Positions 7,991 to 15,700 of a stretch of DNA of 15,700 bases are shown one piece after another; the stretch's first letter is position 1, and every line of letters starts with the position of its first letter. The position numbers and the translations under genes were made by a program. A model generated the notes under the pieces. That model was not told where the DNA came from and ran no database searches. It saw only the letters and a program-made list of their open reading frames with translations. Source of the stretch: Candidatus Hermodarchaeota archaeon (GTDB lineage: Archaea; Asgardarchaeota; Lokiarchaeia; Sigyniarchaeales; SOKP01); contig JBHLLO010000060.1 in NCBI GenBank assembly GCA_048885535.1, positions 3,251 through 18,950 of the forward strand, in the 5' to 3' direction.

Positions 7991-8016
7991 TGTTCACACC
8001 TTGGGAATTTTGATAA

Positions 8017-8025
8017 TTTATATAA
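8017..8025 (-). promoter_or_regulatory. Candidate TATA box (TTATATAAA on minus strand) for the Roadblock gene
   Basis: It lies 27-35 nt upstream of ATT 7990, in the divergent intergenic region before the SDR gene. Confidence 0.4.
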
Positions 8026-8194
8026 TAATATTAAATTTTATTTTAATAAATATTTTCATACAGTTTATTGATTTAAAAATATTATGAAAAGAGTGGTATA
8101 AAAAATTATCTATTTAATATTTTTTTATCATCCTTTTTGTCATCAGAAAATTGTGAATAAAAATAATCATAATATTTAATAGAAGAGTTGAGTT

Positions 8195-9001
8195 ATGATG
8201 GATTTAGGTTTAGAGAATAAAGTTGCACTAGTTTTAGCGGCAAGTAAAGGGTTAGGTTTTGCTTGTGCTGAAGGTTTATTTCAAGAAGGAGCAAATATTA
8301 TGATTTGCAGCCGTTCAGAGGATAATTTAAGTATGGCAAAGGAGAAGCTTATAAGAAATAAAAATCCTAATTTTGAAAACAATGTTTACTATAGTGTTGC
8401 TGATATAAAATATGAAGACAAGATAAAACGTCTAGTGGAAAAAACTCTAAATAAATTTGGAAGAATTGATATTCTAATTCATAATGCTGGAGGTCCTCCT
8501 TCTGGTCCTATAAACAAAATAACACAAGATGACTGGAAGGATTCTATCGATTTAAATTTATTATCTTTCATAAGGATTACAAGGCTAATTTTACCAGTTA
8601 TGCAAAAGCAGAAAGATGGAAGAATAATTGCGATTACATCAGTATCAGTAAAACAGCCTTTGGAAAATCTAGTTCTTTCAAACACAACTCGTCTTGGGGT
8701 TGTTGGTTACGCGAAAACACTAGCCAATGAATATGCAAAAGATAATATTTTAGTGAATGTTGTGTGTCCGGGCCCAACTCTAACGGATAGAATGAAAGAA
8801 TTAATAAATAGAACAATTAAAGAGACTAATAAATCAGAAAAAGAGGTTCTAAAAACATGGATAGATCAAATTCCATTAGGTCGATTAGGAACCCCAGAGG
8901 AATTAGCAAATTTAGTTGTTTTTCTTGCTTCTGAAAGAGCTAGTTATATAACTGGAACGGTTATCCAAGTTGATGGAGGCTTTATAAAAAGTGCTTTCTA
9001 A
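8195..9001 (+). CDS. Short-chain dehydrogenase/reductase, atypical BKR/FabG-like subgroup
   Basis: Motifs VALVLAASKGLG, CSRS, GRIDILIHNAGGPP, ITS, VNVVCPG..LTDR, IPLGRLGTPEELA and SYITGTVIQVDGG. The catalytic YxxxK is replaced by SNTTR, as in the known BKR-like atypical SDR subgroup. Confidence 0.92.
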   Translation: MMDLGLENKVALVLAASKGLGFACAEGLFQEGANIMICSRSEDNLSMAKEKLIRNKNPNFENNVYYSVADIKYEDKIKRLVEKTLNKFGRIDILIHNAGGPPSGPINKITQDDWKDSIDLNLLSFIRITRLILPVMQKQKDGRIIAITSVSVKQPLENLVLSNTTRLGVVGYAKTLANEYAKDNILVNVVCPGPTLTDRMKELINRTIKETNKSEKEVLKTWIDQIPLGRLGTPEELANLVVFLASERASYITGTVIQVDGGFIKSAF

Positions 9002-9163
9002 ATTAATACAGATTTGATATTACTTTAATATTAGACTTTTCTTTTATAAGCCTTATAATTAGAGAATATAATTATGTATAAAAAAGATTTTTAAAGTAGT
9101 ACTTTTATTATGTTTTTAAAATTAAGTTTAGCTGAATTAAGAATATAATAACTTTATAAGTGA

Positions 9164-12100
9164 GTGATATTGCATATTAAAAAAAGGATAAAAGGGATTT
9201 TAGTTCTATCGATTTTACTTATAAATTTCTTCCTAATTACTTTTCCAAATAATGTTAATATAAATCAAAATATCAAAGGTAATGAAAATAAATATAATAA
9301 TAATGAAGATTTAAAACATGAAAATTTAAAAACTGAAGATGTTGCTTTTGATAATACTTTCACAGGTACAGGAGCCCCTTGGGATGTGACTCATTATGCT
9401 AATTATACAAAATCAAATTTAGCAGTTAGTTTTAATAATAATTCTTTCGATGATACTCACGCAAAAGTTGAATTATACGGATGGAATGGATATCAATTAA
9501 ATTCAACGATAAAAGATTTGTATGATACACGAAATTGGATTAATGGAACATTTCATGCTGGTTCATTTGTGGGAGGTTCTCCAGCCGGATCTAACGATAG
9601 CGATTACATTGATGGATGGACGTTTAAAACAGGAGATGTTCAAGGATATACTAATCCTATGAGCGGGAATTATTTTGATGGTTCAACTTCTATATCTGAT
9701 TATGAAGATTGTTTAGAATTAAGGGTGGATGACTATTCAACCGGTTATTATGATGTTGGTGATAGATGCTGGTGGGAAACAAATATTCAATTAGATAGAG
9801 GGGACGTAGATAAAGCATGGTTAAGTTTTGCAGTATTTCCGAAATATAGTGATGGTTATAATAACCACTGGGTACTCCAAGTTATTATCAATGGTAAACT
9901 CATTTGGGGCAATGGACTTCAATCAATGATAGATGCCTCCGGTAATTCTAATGGTCAATGGTATAACCCATATCCTATTTATCTAGATGGCAATGATGAA
10001 CAAATATTTCCTACAGGAGTTAAAGATCTAAATATTACTTTAGAATTTAAAAGGGTTAGTGGAACTGCTCCAGGTGGTTATGCTGGTTACTATACTGTAC
10101 TCTTTGATAATGTTTCGTTAATAGTGAAATCGAAAGCGAAACCAAGCCAACTACAGTTGCAATTAAATGGTGAAAATGTGCATGATAAAGCCAATTATGG
10201 TGAAGGTAACCTTGGCATAATTGGTAATTGGGATGGAAGTCTCCAATCATCCGTAATTGCTAATTTTAGTAGTGATGCGAATTGGCCTTATACTTATCAA
10301 GATGATGGAAATTGGAATAGCTATAAAGTTGAATTTAGTACAAATTTGAATTTATATACAACTAAATCTACCCCTGAAAGTTATTATAGAGCGGATCCTG
10401 ATTTAAGTTATCAAGGCTCATCTTTTATCGTATCTAATAATAGTAATGTGAATTGGACAACATATGCACATATGGAAATTCCAACGGGATATGAAGAGAC
10501 GAATATGACTGTTGAATATCCTTCAGATTTTGATTTGACAGGAGTATATTTCTCTCTAAATCCTAATTCACTTTCTGAAACTTTTATAAAAAAAATTGGA
10601 AATAAAAAAGTAGTAAATGTACCAGTAAGTTCTATAACAAGCAACACAAATGGATTTTGGAGGTTTGTGGCAGTATCACCTAATTATTGCTTAGAAATGG
10701 ATATGTATAGTAATATTACAGGCAATTGGGAGCTAAAAAGTAGTTTCTTTAGTGGAGAATATATAAATATTACAGCGAGAATAAATAATACTCAACTGAT
10801 CTCTGGATATATTCAACAAACAAAAGCCCAACTTCAGATAAAATTTCCAAATGGTACAATTTGGACAAGAGAAAATCAATTAAAGCAAGTTAATAATGTT
10901 GGTATGGTTTATTTTGATCCTATTATGATACCTTCTGATAAACCAAATTACGAAGTCGGTAATTATAATGCAATAATTACGTGGAATAATTCATATTCCA
11001 GCTTTAATTTAAACGAAACGGGTATTATTTACAAATCTTTTACTGTTAACCATAATTCTTCATTAGTTCCTGATGAATTTTATTATCCAGATATATTTGA
11101 GGGGGAAACAGTAAACCTAAAGGTCTCATTTTACGATCTAAGAAATAATAAACCGATAGAGGATGCAAATATTTATTTAATAAACTTTACCGAGGGAATT
11201 CAATATTTTAATGAGATAAATCCAGGATATTATTTACTTATCTTTAACACAACTGGAGGTAATCCTGGAGATAATGATCTAACGATTTATGGTTCTCATC
11301 CATCTTATCAGAATAATAAAGTTAATATAACTATTGAAGTAATTGCCTATACTAAACTTACTGCTGAAGAATATCCCAATATAGAAGTCCCTTGGAATAA
11401 TAATTTTACCATACATCTTAATTATACAGTTAGATCAGATAACTCTGGTATTGAGAATGCTAATCCTACTGTTTACTGGAATGATGAAATATCGATAAAA
11501 TCAGGAAACGGACTTTATAATATAACGTGTAGTACATCAAAATATCAAGTAAATACTGCTCCTAATTTAAGAATTGAGTTTAATGAGATAGGATACGAGT
11601 CTCAAACAATGATAATATCTATTGAAATAGTTGAACGAGAAACATATATCGATAATATTTTTATAAATGATGCTGATTGTTCGATTAATAAATCTTATAA
11701 CGTACATGCTGGGGATATTCTAAACATTACTATTAAATATAAAGATAATGATGCAGGAGGAAGTTTTATTCATGATGCTATAGTCACATTAAATGGGACT
11801 AGTATTGGAGAAATATTTACAGATAATAATAATTTTTATAATCTTACTTTAAATACATCAAAACTTAGTATTGGAATAATATTTTTAAATATAATTGCTC
11901 AGAAAAAGAATTATACATCAGTTACAGAGTTATTAACTATAAATGTATTTGAGAGGGAGACAGATTATTGGTTATATTTAAATGGACTGATTCAAGGGAA
12001 AAATCCCTCTATAAAGTTATATAGAGATCAATTTTTAAATATCACTCTTACTTATAATGATACTACTTTAAAAGAACATATTTCTGGTGCCATTGTGGAT

Positions 12101-13774
12101 ATAAATGGTTCAGGAATATCGGAGCTTCTCAATGAAGCTTATAATAATTATTCAGTGCTTATTGATACAAATGATTTAAACCAAGGTGTAAACTTTTTAA
12201 CTATTTTCGCTCGAAAAAGTGGTTATGAAGCCCATTCAATTTTACTCGTAATAGAGATTATCCAAATAGAGACAGATTTAACATTATTTATAGATGGAGC
12301 GGAACAACCATTAAATCCATCTATTACACGATATCCAAATGAAATCATCAATGCTACCGTTTCGTATGATACATCTATTCCAGTAAGTCATATTTCTGGT
12401 GCCACTGTAGATATAAATGGTTCAGGAGTATCGGAGCTTCTCACTGAAGCATATAATAATTATTCAGTGCTTATCGATACAAATGATTTAAATCAAGGTG
12501 CGAACTTTTTAACTATTTTTGCTCGAAAAAGTGGTTATGAACCTCAGACGATTTTGCTAGTAATTGAAATTATCCAATTAGAGACAGATTTAACATTATT
12601 TATAGATGGAGCGGAACAACCATTAAATCCATCTATTACACGATATCCAAATGAGATCATCAATGTTACTGCTTCGTATGATACATCTATTCCAGTAAGT
12701 CATATTTCTGGTGCCATTGTAGATATAAATGGTTCAGGAGTATCGGAGCTTCTTACTGAAGCTTATAATAATTATTCAGTGCTTATAAATACAATTGATT
12801 TAAATCAAGGTGTAAACTTTTTGACGATTTTTGCTCGAAAAAGTGGTTATGAACCTCATTCGATTCTACTTATAATACAGATTGTCCAAATAAAAACAGA
12901 TATACAGATATTTTTAAATGATTATAATAAAACTCTTGATCCCGTTTTTAATCTTACGATAGGTCAAGATTTAAATTTAACTATTAAGTATACCGACCAA
13001 ACGGGAGCGTTTATTCCAAATGCAACAATAACTTTAATTGGAGAAGGAAAATTATGGCAATTAGGAAAAGATAGTACATTCCAACAATATTATATAATAC
13101 TTAATACAACAGAATTAGGTACTGGAGGAAAATTATTTTCAATTATAGCCCAAAAGTCTAATTTTGAGGCGATAACAAAAGATTTATATATAACAATAAA
13201 TAGAATTGCAGCGCAAATAAGTACATTATCAGGAGAAACGCAAATAGAGGCTGAAATCGGGGATAATGTATTATTGCAAATAATCCTAAATGATCCTATA
13301 TTCAGTGCTAATATAACAGGAGCAACGGTAACATATAAGTGGGCTTATGGCCAAGGAGAACTTTTTGATTCTGATAATAACGGTATCTTTGAAGTTGTAT
13401 TATATAATGTACCAGAAGGGGTTCATACTATAACTATAAATGCTATAGCTGGGGAGGAATACGATTTCAAAAGCTATCAAATTACACTAATCGTAATGCC
13501 CTCTGGAGGGATTGCAGATTTAACATGGCTTATATATATCTTAGGAGGAGGAATTGTTGGTATGGTTACTATTTTTACATTATATCAAAAACATTTTAAA
13601 TATCCTCCTATGGTACGTAAAATAAGAAAGCTGAGGAAGAAGGTGAGAAAAGAAAAGAAATTGAAAAAAGTATTATTAAATGAACGAGAAGCAATTGTAA
13701 ATGATCAAATTCAAGATAAACTACAAATTTTAGATTTAGAAAAAAATATAGGAAAAATGATGAAAGATGCCTAA
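9164..13774 (+). CDS. Large membrane-anchored cell-surface glycoprotein with tandem Ig-like domains
   Basis: It has a basic + hydrophobic N-terminus (KKRIKGILVLSILLINFFLITF), a beta-rich body with dozens of N-x-S/T sequons, ~100-aa Ig-like repeats, a C-terminal TM (LTWLIYILGGGIVGMVTIFTLY) and a basic cytoplasmic tail (KYPPMVRKIRKLRKKVRK). The start could be GTG 9164 or TTG 9170. Confidence 0.88.
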   Translation: MILHIKKRIKGILVLSILLINFFLITFPNNVNINQNIKGNENKYNNNEDLKHENLKTEDVAFDNTFTGTGAPWDVTHYANYTKSNLAVSFNNNSFDDTHAKVELYGWNGYQLNSTIKDLYDTRNWINGTFHAGSFVGGSPAGSNDSDYIDGWTFKTGDVQGYTNPMSGNYFDGSTSISDYEDCLELRVDDYSTGYYDVGDRCWWETNIQLDRGDVDKAWLSFAVFPKYSDGYNNHWVLQVIINGKLIWGNGLQSMIDASGNSNGQWYNPYPIYLDGNDEQIFPTGVKDLNITLEFKRVSGTAPGGYAGYYTVLFDNVSLIVKSKAKPSQLQLQLNGENVHDKANYGEGNLGIIGNWDGSLQSSVIANFSSDANWPYTYQDDGNWNSYKVEFSTNLNLYTTKSTPESYYRADPDLSYQGSSFIVSNNSNVNWTTYAHMEIPTGYEETNMTVEYPSDFDLTGVYFSLNPNSLSETFIKKIGNKKVVNVPVSSITSNTNGFWRFVAVSPNYCLEMDMYSNITGNWELKSSFFSGEYINITARINNTQLISGYIQQTKAQLQIKFPNGTIWTRENQLKQVNNVGMVYFDPIMIPSDKPNYEVGNYNAIITWNNSYSSFNLNETGIIYKSFTVNHNSSLVPDEFYYPDIFEGETVNLKVSFYDLRNNKPIEDANIYLINFTEGIQYFNEINPGYYLLIFNTTGGNPGDNDLTIYGSHPSYQNNKVNITIEVIAYTKLTAEEYPNIEVPWNNNFTIHLNYTVRSDNSGIENANPTVYWNDEISIKSGNGLYNITCSTSKYQVNTAPNLRIEFNEIGYESQTMIISIEIVERETYIDNIFINDADCSINKSYNVHAGDILNITIKYKDNDAGGSFIHDAIVTLNGTSIGEIFTDNNNFYNLTLNTSKLSIGIIFLNIIAQKKNYTSVTELLTINVFERETDYWLYLNGLIQGKNPSIKLYRDQFLNITLTYNDTTLKEHISGAIVDINGSGISELLNEAYNNYSVLIDTNDLNQGVNFLTIFARKSGYEAHSILLVIEIIQIETDLTLFIDGAEQPLNPSITRYPNEIINATVSYDTSIPVSHISGATVDINGSGVSELLTEAYNNYSVLIDTNDLNQGANFLTIFARKSGYEPQTILLVIEIIQLETDLTLFIDGAEQPLNPSITRYPNEIINVTASYDTSIPVSHISGAIVDINGSGVSELLTEAYNNYSVLINTIDLNQGVNFLTIFARKSGYEPHSILLIIQIVQIKTDIQIFLNDYNKTLDPVFNLTIGQDLNLTIKYTDQTGAFIPNATITLIGEGKLWQLGKDSTFQQYYIILNTTELGTGGKLFSIIAQKSNFEAITKDLYITINRIAAQISTLSGETQIEAEIGDNVLLQIILNDPIFSANITGATVTYKWAYGQGELFDSDNNGIFEVVLYNVPEGVHTITINAIAGEEYDFKSYQITLIVMPSGGIADLTWLIYILGGGIVGMVTIFTLYQKHFKYPPMVRKIRKLRKKVRKEKKLKKVLLNEREAIVNDQIQDKLQILDLEKNIGKMMKDA
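11957..12901 (+). repeat. Intragenic tandem repeat, 312-bp (104-aa) period, ~3 copies
   Basis: GAGACAGAT occurs at 11957, 12269 and 12581, with AAAACAGAT at 12893. CATATTTCTGGTGCC occurs at 12077, 12389 and 12701. DNA is near-identical from 12077 to ~12860. Confidence 0.97.
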
Positions 13775-14894
13775 AGGGTTTGTAATAACTAAATGGACAG
13801 AAGATCGAGGTTTAATTATAGAATTTAGTTATCCAGAAGATTTATTGGTAAACTTAGATGACATGATGAGAATTTTTTATGCACATATTACAGGTGCAGC
13901 ACAAGCAGGGAGTGTTTTAGTAAGATTAGAAAAAGCACGTTCGAACGTATCGAGTTACTTTACAGGTATGGAGGCACATGCAGCATTCATGGTAAATTTA
14001 ATGCTGGAATTAGATGAAGACCCTGAATTGTTTGGTGAAACCGTAATTTCTGAAATCAACAATAATATTTTAAGACTTTTAAATGCTAAAGTTGAAAATC
14101 CTGGACGAAGCTATGAAATTAATGAAGAATTAAGAGATTATATAAAAAATTCACTATTTCTTTTAGTACGCCTTAAAAACCTTAGCAAGGAGCAGAGAAT
14201 GGCTCAAATCTACACAAGTGAAAAAGGAAGGAAAATTTTAGAAAGCTTACAGGAAAAAGCATATTCTCGAAGAGAACTTAGAGAGGTATTAGAAGAAAAA
14301 CTAGAACGATCAATATATAACCTTGAAATAACTTTAGATCCATTTGTAAAAACAGATATAATTAGACAAGATTGGATTAAAGGAGATCAAGACATAACTT
14401 TATTTCTTCTATCTGATTTCACGATAATGCGACAACCAGCGGAGAAAGTGGTTAATGAAGCAAAAGACAATTTACCTACACCATATTTAGCTCAGAAATA
14501 TTTAGAGCGTGTAAAAAATTTCTTTACTTCATATAAACCTACGTTTGAAGATAATTTAAAAATAGCATATAATATGACTAATCCAGATAAGTATGATTTC
14601 ATCACACTTTTTAGAGAAAAATCTTACCCCATTAATAAAATACCAAAAAGCCCAGGTGAAACTTTCGATGAAGTAAAAGAGTTTCTATATTTATTAGAAA
14701 AAGACAATATCATTTCTATAATAAAAGATAGCAAAGGTTTAGAGTGGATATTCTTATTAACTGACGTTGTAGCTCATACTTTTTATCCAGAATATATGAT
14801 TGAAAATATTCGTAAAAATGTGACGGAGAAAAAGTTAAAGAAAAACATTGCTATTAAACATTTAGAACTGCTTGAACAAGTATATAAAAAGTAA
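13767..14894 (+). CDS. Longin/uDENN-like domain + two winged-helix domains (NPRL2-like architecture)
   Basis: N-terminus KGFVITKWTEDRGLIIEFSYP...NVSSYFTG...FMVNLMLELDEDP parallels the 5764 ORF. Two wHTH-like units follow (KGRKILESLQEKAYSRRELREVL...LDPFVKTDII; DKYDFITLFREKSYPINKI...EFLYLLEKDNII), each ending in FLL(S/T)D. It overlaps the upstream gene by 8 nt. Confidence 0.7.
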   Translation: MPKGFVITKWTEDRGLIIEFSYPEDLLVNLDDMMRIFYAHITGAAQAGSVLVRLEKARSNVSSYFTGMEAHAAFMVNLMLELDEDPELFGETVISEINNNILRLLNAKVENPGRSYEINEELRDYIKNSLFLLVRLKNLSKEQRMAQIYTSEKGRKILESLQEKAYSRRELREVLEEKLERSIYNLEITLDPFVKTDIIRQDWIKGDQDITLFLLSDFTIMRQPAEKVVNEAKDNLPTPYLAQKYLERVKNFFTSYKPTFEDNLKIAYNMTNPDKYDFITLFREKSYPINKIPKSPGETFDEVKEFLYLLEKDNIISIIKDSKGLEWIFLLTDVVAHTFYPEYMIENIRKNVTEKKLKKNIAIKHLELLEQVYKK

Positions 14895-14952
14895 GTATCC
14901 TTTAGTTTTTCATTCGTTTTGATAATTTTATAAACCAATTATTTCTATATTT

Positions 14953-15020
14953 AAAAAAAATTTTTAAATAGAGAATAGTATTATTTATCTAATTTTAAGA
15001 TTAAACAGTTTAGGTAGTGA
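14953..15020 (+). promoter_or_regulatory. A-tract/TATA (TTTAAATA 14963-14970) and SD-like AGGTAGTGA (15012-15020) before ATG 15023
   Basis: The motifs and their positions relative to the start codon are visible in the sequence; function is inferred. Confidence 0.4.
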
Positions 15021-15022
15021 AT

Positions 15023-15700
15023 ATGAAAAGAACGAAAAAAGGAGTTTTGTATACCTTAATATTATTTATCGTTATTTCATCTGTATTACCAATTTTTCAA
15101 ATAAAACCGATAAGAAATTTGATGGAAAATCGCGATCAAGACAGCACAATCCGATCGTCAGATATCACAACTACAAAGCAATGGATCACAAACGGTGGAT
15201 TCGACACTCTAGATAATTGGACTTTAATTGAAGGCTCTTTAGGTGACCCAACAGATGTTAATGCATATATAGGCGGGGGAGAAGCAAATTACGAAGTATT
15301 AGGTTCTGAGGATCGATTCACATTTGAGGAAAAATACAATATGGTTTCTAGTTGGGTAAAATCAAACCATCCAGATTTTCCAGTTGATCCTTCTTATGGT
15401 CAAATTGTTGCTGGCCAAGGCTTTAGAGCAGAACATTACTGGAATGATCAAAATGCAAATCAAGTCCCAAGTGTACAGTGGGAACTCAATTTTTCATTAC
15501 CAGTAAATATGTCAGATTTTGTTATTAAATCCGCATCTGTTTCAGCAGGAGTAAATGCTACTGTAGATACTAATATTGATACGGTCGGAGATGGTATTGC
15601 AGGTAGAATGGCAAGAACTGGTGGTTATTATATAGATACCTATAGCGTTGGAGATTATGTTCGTTTTTATATCTCAATTTCAAACCTACAGAAAACTAAA
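15023..15700 (+). CDS. Secreted/cell-surface protein, N-terminal fragment (3' truncated by window; not in ORF track)
   Basis: Open to the window end: MKRTKKGVLYTLILFIVISSVLPIFQ...KQWITNGGFDTLDNWTLIEGSLGDPTDVNAYIGGGEANYEVLG...VQWELNFSLPVNMSDFVIKSASVSAGVNATVD. It has a signal peptide, an NGGF..NW carbohydrate-binding-module-like start, and N-glycosylation sequons. Confidence 0.85.
   Translation, partial: MKRTKKGVLYTLILFIVISSVLPIFQIKPIRNLMENRDQDSTIRSSDITTTKQWITNGGFDTLDNWTLIEGSLGDPTDVNAYIGGGEANYEVLGSEDRFTFEEKYNMVSSWVKSNHPDFPVDPSYGQIVAGQGFRAEHYWNDQNANQVPSVQWELNFSLPVNMSDFVIKSASVSAGVNATVDTNIDTVGDGIAGRMARTGGYYIDTYSVGDYVRFYISISNLQKTK

Noticed and set aside
7991-7999. Selenocysteine read-through of GTG-TGA at the Roadblock start
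   Set aside because: Sec at residue 2 of a Roadblock protein has no rationale and I could not identify a SECIS element; an SD-like role plus ATT start is simpler.
7325-8087. Plus-strand ORFs 7325-7510, 7545-7865 and 7887-8087
   Set aside because: They lie antisense to the well-supported SCP2 and Roadblock genes or run into AT-rich intergenic DNA.
8479-8816. Two short minus-strand ORFs
   Set aside because: Antisense shadows of the SDR.
10056-10647. Two short minus-strand ORFs
   Set aside because: Antisense shadows within the surface-protein gene.
12077-12860. Diversity-generating retroelement TR/VR pair or CRISPR array
   Set aside because: The repeats are contiguous, in frame and 312 bp long, differences are not adenine-specific (many T/C), there are no spacers, and no reverse transcriptase or cas gene is in the window.
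13490-13600. PGF-CTERM/Loki-CTERM archaeosortase signal
   Set aside because: There is no PGF/PGY motif before the TM, and the cytoplasmic tail is long.
1-15700. tRNA, rRNA, transposase or integrase
   Set aside because: Intergenic gaps are short and very AT-rich with no GC-rich structured segments, and no mobile-element motifs were seen.

Overview
AT-rich archaeal DNA, most likely Asgard (Lokiarchaeia/Promethearchaeia-like). This assignment is inferred from gene content: a standalone Roadblock protein, two longin-like proteins, SCP2, and giant sequon-rich Ig-repeat surface proteins. Gene order: the 3' end of a cis-prenyltransferase (uppS-like); a probable three-gene operon encoding a 631-aa Ig-like/alpha-solenoid protein whose C-terminus looks like a catalytically dead N-formylglutamate amidohydrolase (FGase)-type fold, a GCS2/YbdK-type carboxylate-amine ligase with a poly-Lys N-tail, and an amidohydrolase_2 enzyme; a longin-like + coiled-coil protein; SCP2 and Roadblock genes on the minus strand; an atypical SDR; a 1536-aa membrane-anchored surface protein with a recent 312-bp tandem domain expansion, overlapping a longin-like + tandem winged-helix (NPRL2-like architecture) gene; and the start of a second secreted protein. 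The best candidates for an undescribed system are (1) the ligase/hydrolase/pseudo-enzyme scaffold operon as a possible writer-eraser-reader for gamma-glutamyl tagging, and (2) the surface protein/longin-wHTH pair with nearby longin and Roadblock genes as a proto-eukaryotic signalling module. The Roadblock gene appears to need a non-canonical ATT start. All family calls come from motif recognition by eye; no searches were run.
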